Shown: piece by piece, positions 1 to 10,387 of the stretch
Layout: each line of letters begins with the position of its first letter
How positions within the stretch are numbered: position 1 is the stretch's first letter
NCBI GenBank assembly: GCA_040879685.1
Contig: JBBDJW010000012.1
Span: forward strand, 14,233 to 78,232
From: Minisyncoccota bacterium
GTDB lineage: Bacteria; Patescibacteriota; Minisyncoccia; Phycocordibacterales; UBA2135
Direction of reading: 5' to 3'
DNA: 64,000 nucleotides
Position numbers and translations under genes: made by a program
The notes under the pieces: model-generated
What the model was told of the DNA's origin: nothing
Database searches by the model: none
The model's input: only the letters and a program-made list of their open reading frames with translations

Positions 1-687
1 ATTGAAAATCCAATTGAATATCACCTCCCCGGCATCACCCAAACACAAACAGATGAAAAATCAGGTTATACCTTCTTGAAGGGGCTTCGCAGTGCATTAC
101 GGCAAGATCCTGATGTTATTATGGTTGGTGAAATTCGTGATGCAGAAACAGCAAAAACCGCTGTGAACGCCTCGCTCACTGGACACTTTGTTTTTTCTAC
201 CCTACATACCAATACTGCAGCAGGTGCAGTGCCTCGCTTAATAGACCTTGAGGTTAATCCAAAAATAATAGGTTCTTCTCTCTCGGCGGCACTTGCACAA
301 AGGCTTGTGCGAAGACTTTGTAAAAAATGCAAAAAAGAGGTACAACCAAGTAAGGAGGAGAGGGGACTTCTCGAACGCATTATGGAGACATTCCCCGAGA
401 ACGAACGCCGAGAGGTGGGGAGTATGTTTACTCCCGAGGGATGTAGTCTGTGTAATAACACCGGTTTTAAAGGAAGAGTTGGAATTTATGAGATTGTTGT
501 GGTTGATGAGAAGATAGAAAATGTTGCGACACAAAATCCGAGCGAGCGAGCGATTAAGGAAATTGCGCAGGGTCAGGGTTTTCTTGATATGAAGCAAGAT
601 GGGATTATAAAGGTTTTAGAGGGAGTTACCTCCCTCGCGGAAATCGCTCGGGTGGTTGATTTAGAAGAAGGATTAAAAAGTTCTTAA
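1..687 (+). CDS. Type II secretion/type IV pilus assembly ATPase (GspE/PilB family), C-terminal part; the 5' end lies upstream of the window
   Basis: The reading frame is open from position 1. The translation contains [14 protein letters not shown] and HTNTAAG motifs and the C-terminal CxxC...CxxC zinc motif (CKKCKK ... CSLCNN), which is typical of PilB/GspE C-domains. Confidence 0.8.
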   Translation: MENPIEYHLPGITQTQTDEKSGYTFLKGLRSALRQDPDVIMVGEIRDAETAKTAVNASLTGHFVFSTLHTNTAAGAVPRLIDLEVNPKIIGSSLSAALAQRLVRRLCKKCKKEVQPSKEERGLLERIMETFPENERREVGSMFTPEGCSLCNNTGFKGRVGIYEIVVVDEKIENVATQNPSERAIKEIAQGQGFLDMKQDGIIKVLEGVTSLAEIARVVDLEEGLKSS

Positions 688-722
688 ACAAAAAAACCCC
701 GCCTTACGGGGAAAGTTAGAGG

Positions 723-876
723 TCTAAATCTCTAGGCAATCCTTTCAATGCAACGAGAGAAAGGCAGCTATTATACCAAGGAGTATGCTCAGCACTCCCG
801 CCGTAAAGGCGGACACCATGCATGCCCTCGTATGATACCTAAAAACCAAAAGGGCTTGATTGCCTAGAGATTTAGC
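723..876. repeat. About 150-bp element closed by a long inverted repeat (18-19 bp arms, GGTCTAAATCTCTAGGCAATC / GATTGCCTAGAGATTTAG), with an inner GC hairpin; candidate structured ncRNA or MITE-like element
   Basis: The arms at 723-741 and 858-876 are reverse complements seen directly in the sequence. The interior contains a CCGCC-GTAAA-GGCGG hairpin. The element lies in the 240-bp gap between pilB and ruvB. Confidence 0.4.
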
Positions 877-927
877 TCTCCAACCAGCGTTCTACACGCA
901 CAAAAAGTTTATCATATAAAATTTAAA

Positions 928-1941
928 ATGTCAAGCACCACCCCAAAACTGCCCGAGAATGATATCTCTCTTGATACTGCCCTGCGTCCACACAACTGGG
1001 AAGAGTATGTTGGACAAAAAAGGATAAAAGATAACCTTACTATTCTTTTGCGTGCGGCACAAGAGCGAAACCATTCCCCCGAGCACGTTTTGTTTTATGG
1101 GCCGCCAGGGCTTGGTAAAACAACACTTGCTCATCTCATTGCAAAAGAGTGTGATGCGGGGATTAAGGTAACTTCAGGGCCTGCTATTTCAAAAATTGGT
1201 GATCTTGCCTCTCTTCTCACCAACCTCTCTGCAGGAGATGTTTTATTTATTGACGAGATTCACCGGTTGGGTAAACAAGTTGAAGAAGTTCTCTATCCCG
1301 CAATGGAATCCGGAGTGCTTGATATTATTATTGGCAAAGGACCCTCTGCACGAAGTATACAATTAGAACTTCCTGCTTTTACCTTAGTTGCGGCAACAAC
1401 CCGTATCGCGCTTCTCTCTTCTCCACTTCGCTCAAGGTTTGGAGGCGGCATATTTCGTCTTGAATATTACTCTCCGGAAGAAATTGGAGAAATTATTAAG
1501 CGCTCAGCATCTTTACTTTCTGTGGTTATTGATAAAGATGGGGTGGAAGAAATCGCCAGAAGAAGTCGTTTTACACCACGCACTGCAAACTACCTCTTAA
1601 AGCGGTGTCGTGACTTCGCCCAAGTAAATCGTGGCCCTCTTGATAAGAAAACAATCCGTGGGGCATTAGCTCTCTTAGAAATTGATGAGCTAGGGCTTCA
1701 TGGAGGAGATCGGCACCTTTTACTTTCTCTTATTGAAAAATTTAGCGGTGGGCCGGTTGGCTTAAACACCCTCTCTACCCTTCTCTCAGAAGAAGAATCT
1801 ACCATCGCCGAGGTGAACGAGCCCTACCTTATCCAGATCGGCCTTCTCGAGAGAACAAAACAAGGTCGTGTAGTCACTGATGCAGCATACAAGCATTTAG
1901 GTGTTCCGGGTAAACGTAAACAACAAAACAAACTCCTGTAG
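928..1941 (+). CDS. ruvB: Holliday junction branch migration helicase RuvB
   Basis: Walker A FYGPPGLGKTTLAHLIA, the RuvB sensor region and a length of 337 aa. It sits in the ruvB-yebC-ruvC neighbourhood. Confidence 0.9.
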   Translation: MSSTTPKLPENDISLDTALRPHNWEEYVGQKRIKDNLTILLRAAQERNHSPEHVLFYGPPGLGKTTLAHLIAKECDAGIKVTSGPAISKIGDLASLLTNLSAGDVLFIDEIHRLGKQVEEVLYPAMESGVLDIIIGKGPSARSIQLELPAFTLVAATTRIALLSSPLRSRFGGGIFRLEYYSPEEIGEIIKRSASLLSVVIDKDGVEEIARRSRFTPRTANYLLKRCRDFAQVNRGPLDKKTIRGALALLEIDELGLHGGDRHLLLSLIEKFSGGPVGLNTLSTLLSEEESTIAEVNEPYLIQIGLLERTKQGRVVTDAAYKHLGVPGKRKQQNKLL

Positions 1942-2244
1942 TCATAGAGCACAAACAAGAAACTCTCATTCCAAAGCTCAAATGATAATAAAGTGTTACA
2001 TGTTAAAGCCCTAATATTAAAAGAATTGAATTATTTGAATTTTGAACTTACTTTGGCATTTTAGATTTTGACCTTCTTACTCGTACCCTCTAATCTTATA
2101 ACCAAACACTCAGTATCCTAACAGCCGAAATAACTATGTCAGGACACAATAAGTGGTCAAAAATTAAACACCCCAGTACAACAACTGCGTTGTGTACGGG
2201 GCGAGACTCAGTGTTATTATAATAAGAAACTAGTATATCTTTCT

Positions 2245-2775
2245 ATGTCAGGACACAATAAATGGTCAAAAATTAAACACAAAAAAGCGAGTGAGGATAG
2301 TAAGAAAAGTAAGGAATTTTCACGTCTTGCACAACTCATTTCTATTGAGGCACGAAACGCTAACGGGAATGAGAGTGCGCCCGCCCTTCGTAAGGCAATG
2401 GAACGGGCTCGTGCAATTAATATGCCATCCTCAAATATAAAACGGGCTGTAAGGAGGGGTTCTCTTGGAACAGGAGACGCTTTAGAGGAAGTTGTGTACG
2501 AGGCATATGGGCCAGGTGGGGTCGCAATGATAATTTTTGGTTTTACTGATAATAAAAATCGCTCTTGTGCGCAGATAAAAAACATTCTTACAAAACAAGG
2601 ATTTGCTCTAGCAGAGCCTGGCTCTGCTACATGGGCCTTTGAAAAACAAACAGAGGGTTGGGAAGCAAAAACAAAAATCGCCATTAAGGAAGACGAGCAA
2701 GACACGTTACATACTCTTATTGAAATACTTCTTGAAGAAGATTTTGTAGATGAAGTTCACACTAACGCAGAGTAG
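2245..2775 (+). CDS. yebC: YebC/PmpR-family (DUF28) probable transcriptional regulator, short form (176 aa)
   Basis: The N-terminus MSGHNKWSKIKHKK matches the YebC signature MSGHSKWANIKHRK. The gene lies between ruvB and ruvC as in many bacteria. Confidence 0.75.
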   Translation: MSGHNKWSKIKHKKASEDSKKSKEFSRLAQLISIEARNANGNESAPALRKAMERARAINMPSSNIKRAVRRGSLGTGDALEEVVYEAYGPGGVAMIIFGFTDNKNRSCAQIKNILTKQGFALAEPGSATWAFEKQTEGWEAKTKIAIKEDEQDTLHTLIEILLEEDFVDEVHTNAE

Positions 2776-2906
2776 TATATAAACCTGATTAGACATCATA
2801 GTTGCGAACACAAAAGATATGAGTATGCAGAAAAAAATACACCATTATAAAAATAATCAGGCAAGGAGCGATGTGCCATGCGCTTTCTCGCCCTACCTCT
2901 AACGGG

Positions 2907-3386
2907 ATGAAAATTTTAGGAATAGATCCAGGATATGAAAGGCTTGGTGTTGCGCTTATTGAAAAGACAGGGCAAAAAGAAAAACTTGTAAGCTCTTCTT
3001 GTTTTACCACCAACAAAAAGACCCCTTTTGCGAAACGCCTACTTCACATTGGAAAACATATTAAAGAAATATTGGAGAAAGAACATCCTAATTTCATTGC
3101 TGTTGAGACACTTCTTTTCAACACCAACAAAAAAACTGCGATGGCGGTAAGTGAGGTCCGCGGCGTCATACTCTATGAGGCAGCTTGTGCGGGAGTAGAG
3201 ATATGTGAATATACTCCTCCTGAGATAAAAATGGCGGTTACGGGCTATGGCCACTCGGAAAAAAAACAGGTGCAATTTATGGTTGGTAAAATCCTTTCTC
3301 TAAAAACAAGCCTTATGATTGATGACGAGTGTGACGCCATCGCGGTGGCACTTACTTGTGCCGCGCACCAAAGAGGTCCTTTCTAA
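2907..3386 (+). CDS. ruvC: Crossover junction endodeoxyribonuclease RuvC
   Basis: MKILGIDPGYERLGVALIE is the RuvC N-terminal catalytic motif. I chose the ATG at 2907 over the ORF-track start at 2871. Confidence 0.85.
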   Translation: MKILGIDPGYERLGVALIEKTGQKEKLVSSSCFTTNKKTPFAKRLLHIGKHIKEILEKEHPNFIAVETLLFNTNKKTAMAVSEVRGVILYEAACAGVEICEYTPPEIKMAVTGYGHSEKKQVQFMVGKILSLKTSLMIDDECDAIAVALTCAAHQRGPF

Positions 3387-4792
3387 ATAATAAGACGAAC
3401 AAAGCGAGTTTTGCCAAGCTTAAGTGTGGCAGTTGCAGAGAAGGGTCTTGCAAGAGAGGTGATTCTTTCCCCATCAACATATATTCCTCCTGCACGAGCG
3501 AGGCGCTGCAACTCTGTTTTTGACGCAATAAGATTTTTTTCCTTGAGCCTCTCCACAATATCAAGAAGAGTGTCTCCTTTAGAAATTGAAATCTCAATAG
3601 GGGTCTCGGGGGTAATTTTTTTTTGGAAAACAGCAATAAAGTTTTCTTGTGCCCTCTCTGCCTCCTTCTCTCCATGATAAAGTGCCACAATTTCTCGTGC
3701 GAGCCGCATTTTTGTATCCCGCGGGTTCTTATTTTTGCCCATAAGACTTTTTTCAATCTCTTCAATCTCCTCATTAGGGGTGAAGGTACAGAGCTCAAAA
3801 TATTCAACCATGAGCTCATCGGGGATAGACATAACCTTTCCATACATATCTTCAGGAGCATCGGTGATTGCTATATAGTTATCCAGACTTTTACTCATTT
3901 TTTCTCTACCCCCCGTCCCCGTGAGAATCTCCATGGACATAACAGCTTGTGGTTCTTCGTTGTTTGCGTGCATTACATCTCTTCCTACAAGCATATTAAA
4001 TGTTTGGTCGGTTCCCCCTATCTCAAGATCACAACTTCCATAAATTTTATACAGTATATGGGAATCAATCCCTTGAAAGACGGGGTAGAGCATTTCACTC
4101 ATAGAGAGCTCACTCCCTTTTTTAATTCTCTCTTGAAACATATCACGTTGAATGAGCCGTCCATGGGTGATGTGTTTGAGGGTCCAAAGGAGATTCACTA
4201 CTGAAACACTCGTAATATTTTTTTTCTGGAGTGCCTTTTTCTGCATGCGCGACTCATCAAACGCGAGCGCTCTTCCTTCTATGGACTGAGGGTTTATGGG
4301 GACATCAATTGTCTCACTCCCTTTTTGTACGGTAAGGGTAATTTTATAATCCTTAGGGAGGGTGATGTCAAAGGGTGAGGTGAACCAATCCGAATTCCTA
4401 ATCCACGAAAAAACCTCTTCATCGGTGCGGAGAATTTTTTTAATCTGGTCTAAATATGTCTCCATGTTTTTTTCAACTTCCTCTTGATTAACTTCAGGGC
4501 GTGTTTTATCCTTTCCTGATGGATCTCCAATGCTCGCGGTGAAGTCGCCCACAAGAAAAACCACCTTGCACCCAAGGTCTTGAAGGGCACGCATTTTATG
4601 GAGTATTACCGCATGACCAAGGTGAATATCGGGGCGTGTGGGGTCAACGCCAAGCTTTATAATAATATCTTTGGTATATTCTCCTTGTGTTTTCTTAAGG
4701 AGTTTTTGCCGAAAGGCGTCGTCAGGGTCTATAAACTCAGAAACCCCACGTGAAAGGATTTCGTTTATTTTATTCTCGGAGATGGTTACCAT
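3383..4792 (-). CDS. tyrS: Tyrosyl-tRNA synthetase with an insertion domain and a C-terminal S4-like domain
   Basis: Class I HIGH motif (HLGH), KMSKS motif (EKMSKS), GDFTASIGDPSGKD and a YPVFQGID block typical of TyrRS. Start chosen at the internal Met (MVTISENK); the ORF track extends to 4816. Confidence 0.8.
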   Translation of the reverse strand: MVTISENKINEILSRGVSEFIDPDDAFRQKLLKKTQGEYTKDIIIKLGVDPTRPDIHLGHAVILHKMRALQDLGCKVVFLVGDFTASIGDPSGKDKTRPEVNQEEVEKNMETYLDQIKKILRTDEEVFSWIRNSDWFTSPFDITLPKDYKITLTVQKGSETIDVPINPQSIEGRALAFDESRMQKKALQKKNITSVSVVNLLWTLKHITHGRLIQRDMFQERIKKGSELSMSEMLYPVFQGIDSHILYKIYGSCDLEIGGTDQTFNMLVGRDVMHANNEEPQAVMSMEILTGTGGREKMSKSLDNYIAITDAPEDMYGKVMSIPDELMVEYFELCTFTPNEEIEEIEKSLMGKNKNPRDTKMRLAREIVALYHGEKEAERAQENFIAVFQKKITPETPIEISISKGDTLLDIVERLKEKNLIASKTELQRLARAGGIYVDGERITSLARPFSATATLKLGKTRFVRLII

Positions 4793-4908
4793 AGGTAGAA
4801 TATAACACACACACACACCTTTGTCTTTATATAACGCCCCTCTTAATAGTTGCTTTACGGGCCGTGTTTGTGTTGTTGTGTGAGAGTGTATAAAATAAAG
4901 TTATTGCA

Positions 4909-7428
4909 ATGAATATAGTATCTAAAAATATCGGGTCTATTAAATTCATCTTTTTGTTGGTCATTTCTTTAGGAATTTTTATTTCCGGAGGTGTCTTATT
5001 GTGGGTCTCTAGTTTTGAGGTTCCCGACCTTAAAACATTTGATGAGAGAAAAATAAACCAATCAACAAAAATTTATGACCGAACAGGAGAGGTTCTTCTT
5101 TATGATATACATAAAGACATCCAACGCACCGTCATTCCTTTTGACATAATGTCGCGACATATCAAGAATGCAACGGTAGCTATTGAGGATGCTGAGTTTT
5201 ATGAGCACCGCGGTATAAAAATTAGTGCAATTTTTAGGGCCATTCTTGTAAACTTAAGTGCCGGAGAATACTCACAAGGAGGGTCCACTATTACCCAACA
5301 AGTGGTGAAAAACTCACTCCTCACCACAGAGAAAACCATCACACGAAAACTTAAGGAGTGGTTCCTTGCTCTAAAGCTTGAAAAAGTAGCTACAAAAAAA
5401 GAAATACTTGAGCTTTACCTTAACGAGGCCCCTTATGGGGGAAATGTTTATGGGGTGGAAAAGGCAAGTAATGTGTTTTTTGCAAAGAGTGCCCAAAGCC
5501 TCTCTTTGGCAGAGGCCGCTTATTTGGCCGCCATTCCTCAGGCGCCAACTTTTTACTCGCCCTATGGCAATAATGTCCACAAGCTTGAGGAGAGACAAAA
5601 TTTAGTTTTAGAGAGAATGTTGGGGTTAGGATTCATAACACAAGAAGAATACCAATCTTCCTCACAGGAGGAGGTTGTTTTTCAGCCACGCTCAACACTT
5701 GGTATCCGCGCGCCACATTTTGTTTTTTTTGTAACAGAGCTTCTAGAAAGGAGGTATGGTAAAGACGCAATTGAAAATGGTGGTTTGAAAATTATCACCA
5801 CTTTAGACTGGAATCTTCAAGAAAAAGCGGAGAATATTGTTTTTGAATATACAAAAGAAAACATTGAAAAATATAATGCTCATAACGCAGGACTTGTTGC
5901 AGTAGATCCGCAAACAGGGCACATTTTGGTTATGGTTGGCTCTCGGGATTATTTTAGTAAGGATATTGATGGAAACTTCAATGTTACCATAAACCCCAAC
6001 AGGCAGCCTGGTTCGGCATTTAAGCCCTTTGTATATGCAACGGCTTTTGAAAAAGGATACACCCCTGAGACGGTTGTTTTTGATTTGCAAACACAGTTTA
6101 ATGTTGGTTGTGATAGTGATGGAGTGCCACTTTATGAAAGTGTTGATGAGGAAGAGTGTTACACACCAGTTAATTATGATGAAATCTATCGCGGACCCAT
6201 AACCTTGCGAGACGCCCTTGCTCAATCAGTTAATGTTCCGGCCATAAAAACTCTCTACCTCGCTGGCTTAAGAGACTCTCTTTCAACCGCACAAAAAATG
6301 GGTGTTTCTAGTTTAGGTGACCCTGGTCGTTATGGACTTACTCTTGTCTTAGGGGGCGGGGAAACATCCCTTCTTGATATGACAAGCGCATATTCCGTCT
6401 TTGCAAATGATGGTATAAAAAATTTAACAACACCCCTTTTAAGGGTTGAAACATTTGATGGTATTGTTTTGGAAGAGTTTGGAAAACAGGAAGAGAGGGT
6501 GATCTCTCAGCGTGTTGCGCGGGTGATCTCTAACATTCTTTCTGATAATGTGGCGCGGACACCCGCGTTTGGAAACAGGTCTTATTTGTATTTTGATGAT
6601 GCTGATGTCGCCGCTAAAACTGGAACAACAAACGACTATCGTGATGCTTGGATTGTTGGTTATACACCAACAATCTCAGCAGGAGCGTGGGCAGGGAACA
6701 ACGACAACTCCCCTATGGAAAAACGGGTTGCTGGATTTATTATTGCGCCACTTTGGAATGCCTTTATGAAAGAGGCAATAGCGTATCTCCCACAAAAAAC
6801 ATTCAAAACCCCAAGTTTTGAGGATTTAAGTTTCTTAAAACCCGTACTTCGTGGAGAGTGGTTGGGGGGTGAGTCATATTATATAGACACCATCTCTGGA
6901 AAGTTAGCAACAGAACATACTCCAGAAGAAACGAGAAGTGAGAGGTTTGTACCTAACGTACACTCTATTTTATATTGGGTGGACAAAAACAACCCTCGTG
7001 GAGCGGCCCCAGAGGCCCCAGAAAAAGACTCTCAATTTGCTCTTTGGGAGGGGCCGGTAAGGGTGTGGGTTAAAAATCACAACATACAAGAGGGTGGTAC
7101 TTTTTCTATACCCACCGAACATGATGACGTGCACAGACCAGAATACTCACCTCAGCTTACTATTTCCGGCTTACAAGAGGCTCCTTACAACAAAAACGAG
7201 CGGGTGAGTATACAAATATCCTCCATAGGAAAATATCCCTTAATAAAGGCAGATATGTATATCAACAATACGTATATTAATTCAGCAAAAAAAGGTCCTT
7301 TTATGTTCTCCTTCGTCCCAAAAGAAATTTCTATATTGGAAAAAACAAACACCATAACCATTGTTGGCTATGATGCTGTTTTAAACTCTGGAAAAGCGAG
7401 CTCTCAATTTATTGTTCAAGAAATATAG
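4909..7428 (+). CDS. Class A penicillin-binding protein (transglycosylase plus transpeptidase) with a C-terminal extension
   Basis: N-terminal TM helix; the GT51 motif region (ATVAIEDAEFYEHRGI ... GGSTITQQ); transpeptidase SAFKPF (SxxK) and KTGTT motifs. Confidence 0.85.
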   Translation: MNIVSKNIGSIKFIFLLVISLGIFISGGVLLWVSSFEVPDLKTFDERKINQSTKIYDRTGEVLLYDIHKDIQRTVIPFDIMSRHIKNATVAIEDAEFYEHRGIKISAIFRAILVNLSAGEYSQGGSTITQQVVKNSLLTTEKTITRKLKEWFLALKLEKVATKKEILELYLNEAPYGGNVYGVEKASNVFFAKSAQSLSLAEAAYLAAIPQAPTFYSPYGNNVHKLEERQNLVLERMLGLGFITQEEYQSSSQEEVVFQPRSTLGIRAPHFVFFVTELLERRYGKDAIENGGLKIITTLDWNLQEKAENIVFEYTKENIEKYNAHNAGLVAVDPQTGHILVMVGSRDYFSKDIDGNFNVTINPNRQPGSAFKPFVYATAFEKGYTPETVVFDLQTQFNVGCDSDGVPLYESVDEEECYTPVNYDEIYRGPITLRDALAQSVNVPAIKTLYLAGLRDSLSTAQKMGVSSLGDPGRYGLTLVLGGGETSLLDMTSAYSVFANDGIKNLTTPLLRVETFDGIVLEEFGKQEERVISQRVARVISNILSDNVARTPAFGNRSYLYFDDADVAAKTGTTNDYRDAWIVGYTPTISAGAWAGNNDNSPMEKRVAGFIIAPLWNAFMKEAIAYLPQKTFKTPSFEDLSFLKPVLRGEWLGGESYYIDTISGKLATEHTPEETRSERFVPNVHSILYWVDKNNPRGAAPEAPEKDSQFALWEGPVRVWVKNHNIQEGGTFSIPTEHDDVHRPEYSPQLTISGLQEAPYNKNERVSIQISSIGKYPLIKADMYINNTYINSAKKGPFMFSFVPKEISILEKTNTITIVGYDAVLNSGKASSQFIVQEI

Positions 7429-7432
7429 TTGG

Positions 7433-7690
7433 TTAAATAATATTTTCTATCTTTTTATTAATGGTGTGAATTTCCTCAAGGATATCTTTTTTGTGTAGAA
7501 AAACTTCATTTTTAACAATGGGTGTTGTTGTTATAAAAATATCTCTACCGCATATTTTTATATCCTCTCTTTTTATAATAACACCAAACTGTTCATGAAA
7601 AATTTTTATAAGAAGTTTTTTAAGTGCATTATGGGGTGGTGTGAAAAGAGTAAATTTTTTTAAATACTCATCTATTTTTTGAAAAGACAT
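7433..7690 (-). CDS. Small protein immediately downstream of dnaN; possible DUF721/DciA-like replication-associated protein
   Basis: The call rests on position (dnaA-dnaN-small gene) and size only. There is no strong motif evidence. Confidence 0.35.
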   Translation of the reverse strand: MSFQKIDEYLKKFTLFTPPHNALKKLLIKIFHEQFGVIIKREDIKICGRDIFITTTPIVKNEVFLHKKDILEEIHTINKKIENII

Positions 7691-7697
7691 AGTGTGC

Positions 7698-8801
7698 CTA
7701 GGAGTTGAGGGGCATAATAAGATAGATAAAGTTTTCATCATGAACTCCCTTAATGATCATGGGCTGTGTTTCGTTATTCATCTTTAAAACCAAGCTATCT
7801 TTTTTAAGTGCAGAGAGGCAGTCGTTAATATACCTATGATTAAAGTTTACATAAATACCCTCACCCGATATTGATGCAGAGAGTGTTGTTTTGTTCTCTC
7901 CAAGGTCGCTGTTGTGAGAACTTATCTCAAACACCTTTTTAACAGGCTCAATGGTGATGGTAATTTTATTAAACTTATCGGAAAAAAGATTAGTAACTTT
8001 TAGTGCGTCAATAAAATCCTCTTTTAAAACAACCGCCTCGGTGGTAAATTCTTTTGGTATAATTTGTTTATAATCAGGAAAAACACCATCAACGAGCCGT
8101 GATGTTATATAAGTAGTATCAACCTGTAATGATATTTGGTTTTTATCAAAATTTATAAAAAGTTCTCCACCTTTATTGCTTAAAACCTTGCTAATTTCAA
8201 TAATATTTTTAAAAGGAATTAGGAGGGAGAGGTTTTGTTTAATGTCTGATTTTAGGTCTATTTTTTTTTCAGCTAACCGAAATGAGTCTGTGGCAACAAA
8301 AATCAGTGTGTTTGCATTATTATAAATAAAAATACTTGAAATCTCTGGCTTAATGTCTGATGTGGCACTGCTGTAAGAAACAGAGTTTATTCCTAATAAA
8401 AAATCTTGTGTTGATATTTTTAAGCTGTCTTTATTGTTGATTTTAGGTAGTAAGGGAAAGTCTGTGTGTGGCTTTGTTTTTATGGTGGTTGTTGTGTTTT
8501 TTGTTGTGATTGATAGATTGTTGTTTTTAATAATTTTAAAATTTATAATAGTATCATGAATATTTGAGAGAAGGTTGGAAATAATGCCACAAGGAAGGGC
8601 AATTGAGCCTTCTTTTTTTGTTTTTATAGGAATGGTAATTTCAATCCCAACATCTAGGTTTGTTGACCTTATTTGTAGTGTGTCCCCCTTTGTGGTGATG
8701 AGAATAAAACCAAGGATATCCAAAGACAGGTTCTTTCCAACCATTCTTTCGGCGAGAGAAAGGGCTTCTTGTATTTTTTCTTTATTACATTCAAACTCCA
8801 T
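7698..8801 (-). CDS. dnaN: DNA polymerase III beta sliding clamp
   Basis: 367 aa with an N-terminal MEFxCxKExIxxAL pattern and three-domain clamp organisation. It is directly downstream of dnaA. Confidence 0.85.
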   Translation of the reverse strand: MEFECNKEKIQEALSLAERMVGKNLSLDILGFILITTKGDTLQIRSTNLDVGIEITIPIKTKKEGSIALPCGIISNLLSNIHDTIINFKIIKNNNLSITTKNTTTTIKTKPHTDFPLLPKINNKDSLKISTQDFLLGINSVSYSSATSDIKPEISSIFIYNNANTLIFVATDSFRLAEKKIDLKSDIKQNLSLLIPFKNIIEISKVLSNKGGELFINFDKNQISLQVDTTYITSRLVDGVFPDYKQIIPKEFTTEAVVLKEDFIDALKVTNLFSDKFNKITITIEPVKKVFEISSHNSDLGENKTTLSASISGEGIYVNFNHRYINDCLSALKKDSLVLKMNNETQPMIIKGVHDENFIYLIMPLNS

Positions 8802-9034
8802 AATAAATAAATAACTATTAACTATATGTTTATTATTATAAGGCTGTTGATAAGTGGATAAGTGTTTTAAATACTGTTTTTAAAGGAAGTTTTTAAAATA
8901 TTTTTTCTAACAAAATGTTTATAGTTGAGGAATAATATGTTAATAACTTTTTACTTTTAATAAAACACTACTTTTTACACATATTATTAACTGAAAAATA
9001 AAAAGTTATTAACACACTTGCTCACAGCCTTTAA
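8802..9034. promoter_or_regulatory. AT-rich intergenic region downstream of dnaA with DnaA-box-like sequences; putative part of oriC (DNA-unwinding side)
   Basis: AGTGGATAA (reverse complement TTATCCACT, 8/9 match to TTATCCACA) and TGTTGATAA are present in a very AT-rich 230-bp tract between dnaA and dnaN. Confidence 0.45.
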
Positions 9035-10387
9035 TTAAAACATTGAACGAATCTGTTCTAATTCTTGTGAAAGAGAGCTATTTAATTCAAGGTCCTTTCT
9101 CACTTTTTCACAAGAGTGAATAACGGTTGTGTGGTCTCGCCCTCCTAATTTTTGTCCAATTGTTGGATAAGAAACACCAAAGTCTTCTCTTAGTAAAAAC
9201 ATAATAATTTGTCTCGGCTTAACCACCTCCCTTCTTCTTGTTTTTTGATAAATAAAATCTTTTTCAAGATTATAAAAATCAGTAACTATTTCAACAACAT
9301 CTTCTGTTGAAATAGTTTTTCTATCTTTTTTGTTGTTTTTAACAATTGTGCGAATCTCATTTAGTGTTAAGTCTTTATTTTTTACCTGTGCTTGGCAGAT
9401 AATTGCATTCAAAATCCCCTCCAACTCACGAACATTTCCCTTAAGCGACGACGCAACAAAGGAAATGGTTTCGTCAGGGAGGCTAAAACCAAGACTTTTT
9501 ATTTTTGACCTCAAAATAGCGGCCCGAGACTCAAGGTCTGGTTCTGAAATATCAACAATCATTCCTTGGCTAAAACGAGATTTAAGGCGGTCTTCTATAT
9601 CAGGGATATAGTTACAATGTTTATCTGATGAAAAAATAATTTGCTTATTATTATCATAAAGAGAGTTAAAGAGATGAAATAACTCATCTTGTGTTCCTTG
9701 TTTTCCTCCAAAAAACTGAATATCGTCCATAATGAAGACGTCGTATTTCCTGTACTTTTCTTTAAAGATACTGATTTTATTTACCTGAACAGAGTTAATG
9801 TAGTCCAAAAAGAATTTTTCAGAGGTTGTATAAAAAACCTTTTTTGAAGCGTGTTGTTTTTTTATTTCATTTCCAACCGCCTGAATAAGATGTGTCTTTC
9901 CAAGCCCTGTTGGTCCATGAATAAAAAGTGGGTTATATACCACGCCAGGATTTTTAATAATTGCCCGCGCGGCGGCATTAGCAAGTTCATTAAAGGGGCC
10001 AACAACAAAGGTTTCAAAAGAGTAACGAGAATTTAAATTATCATCCTTGTTTATATAAAGATCTTTTAAAGGCAACTCTATTGTGTTTTGTGTGTGTGGA
10101 AGGATTGTCGTGACCCGCTCCCCCACTAACTCCTCTCCTTTTGGAGTAATGATATATTCAACCCCACGGACATTCTCTTTTACCTCTCGTAATGATTTTA
10201 AAATAAATTTATGATATTTATTATAAAGCCACTCTTTAACAAAGCTATTAGGGACACTTATAAAAACAATTCCCTCCTCTTCCTTCACAATATTGGTGTT
10301 TTTAAACCACGTGGTGAAATTTGCTTTTGATACACTAAGCTCTATTTCAGAGAGGGCGGTATTCCAAAGTTGTTTTGTGTCATTCAT
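9035..10387 (-). CDS. dnaA: Chromosomal replication initiator DnaA
   Basis: AAA+ Walker A GPTGLGKTHL and the C-terminal DnaA box-binding signature (IGQKLGGRDHTTVIHSCEKV); 450 aa. Confidence 0.9.
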   Translation of the reverse strand: MNDTKQLWNTALSEIELSVSKANFTTWFKNTNIVKEEEGIVFISVPNSFVKEWLYNKYHKFILKSLREVKENVRGVEYIITPKGEELVGERVTTILPHTQNTIELPLKDLYINKDDNLNSRYSFETFVVGPFNELANAAARAIIKNPGVVYNPLFIHGPTGLGKTHLIQAVGNEIKKQHASKKVFYTTSEKFFLDYINSVQVNKISIFKEKYRKYDVFIMDDIQFFGGKQGTQDELFHLFNSLYDNNKQIIFSSDKHCNYIPDIEDRLKSRFSQGMIVDISEPDLESRAAILRSKIKSLGFSLPDETISFVASSLKGNVRELEGILNAIICQAQVKNKDLTLNEIRTIVKNNKKDRKTISTEDVVEIVTDFYNLEKDFIYQKTRRREVVKPRQIIMFLLREDFGVSYPTIGQKLGGRDHTTVIHSCEKVRKDLELNSSLSQELEQIRSMF

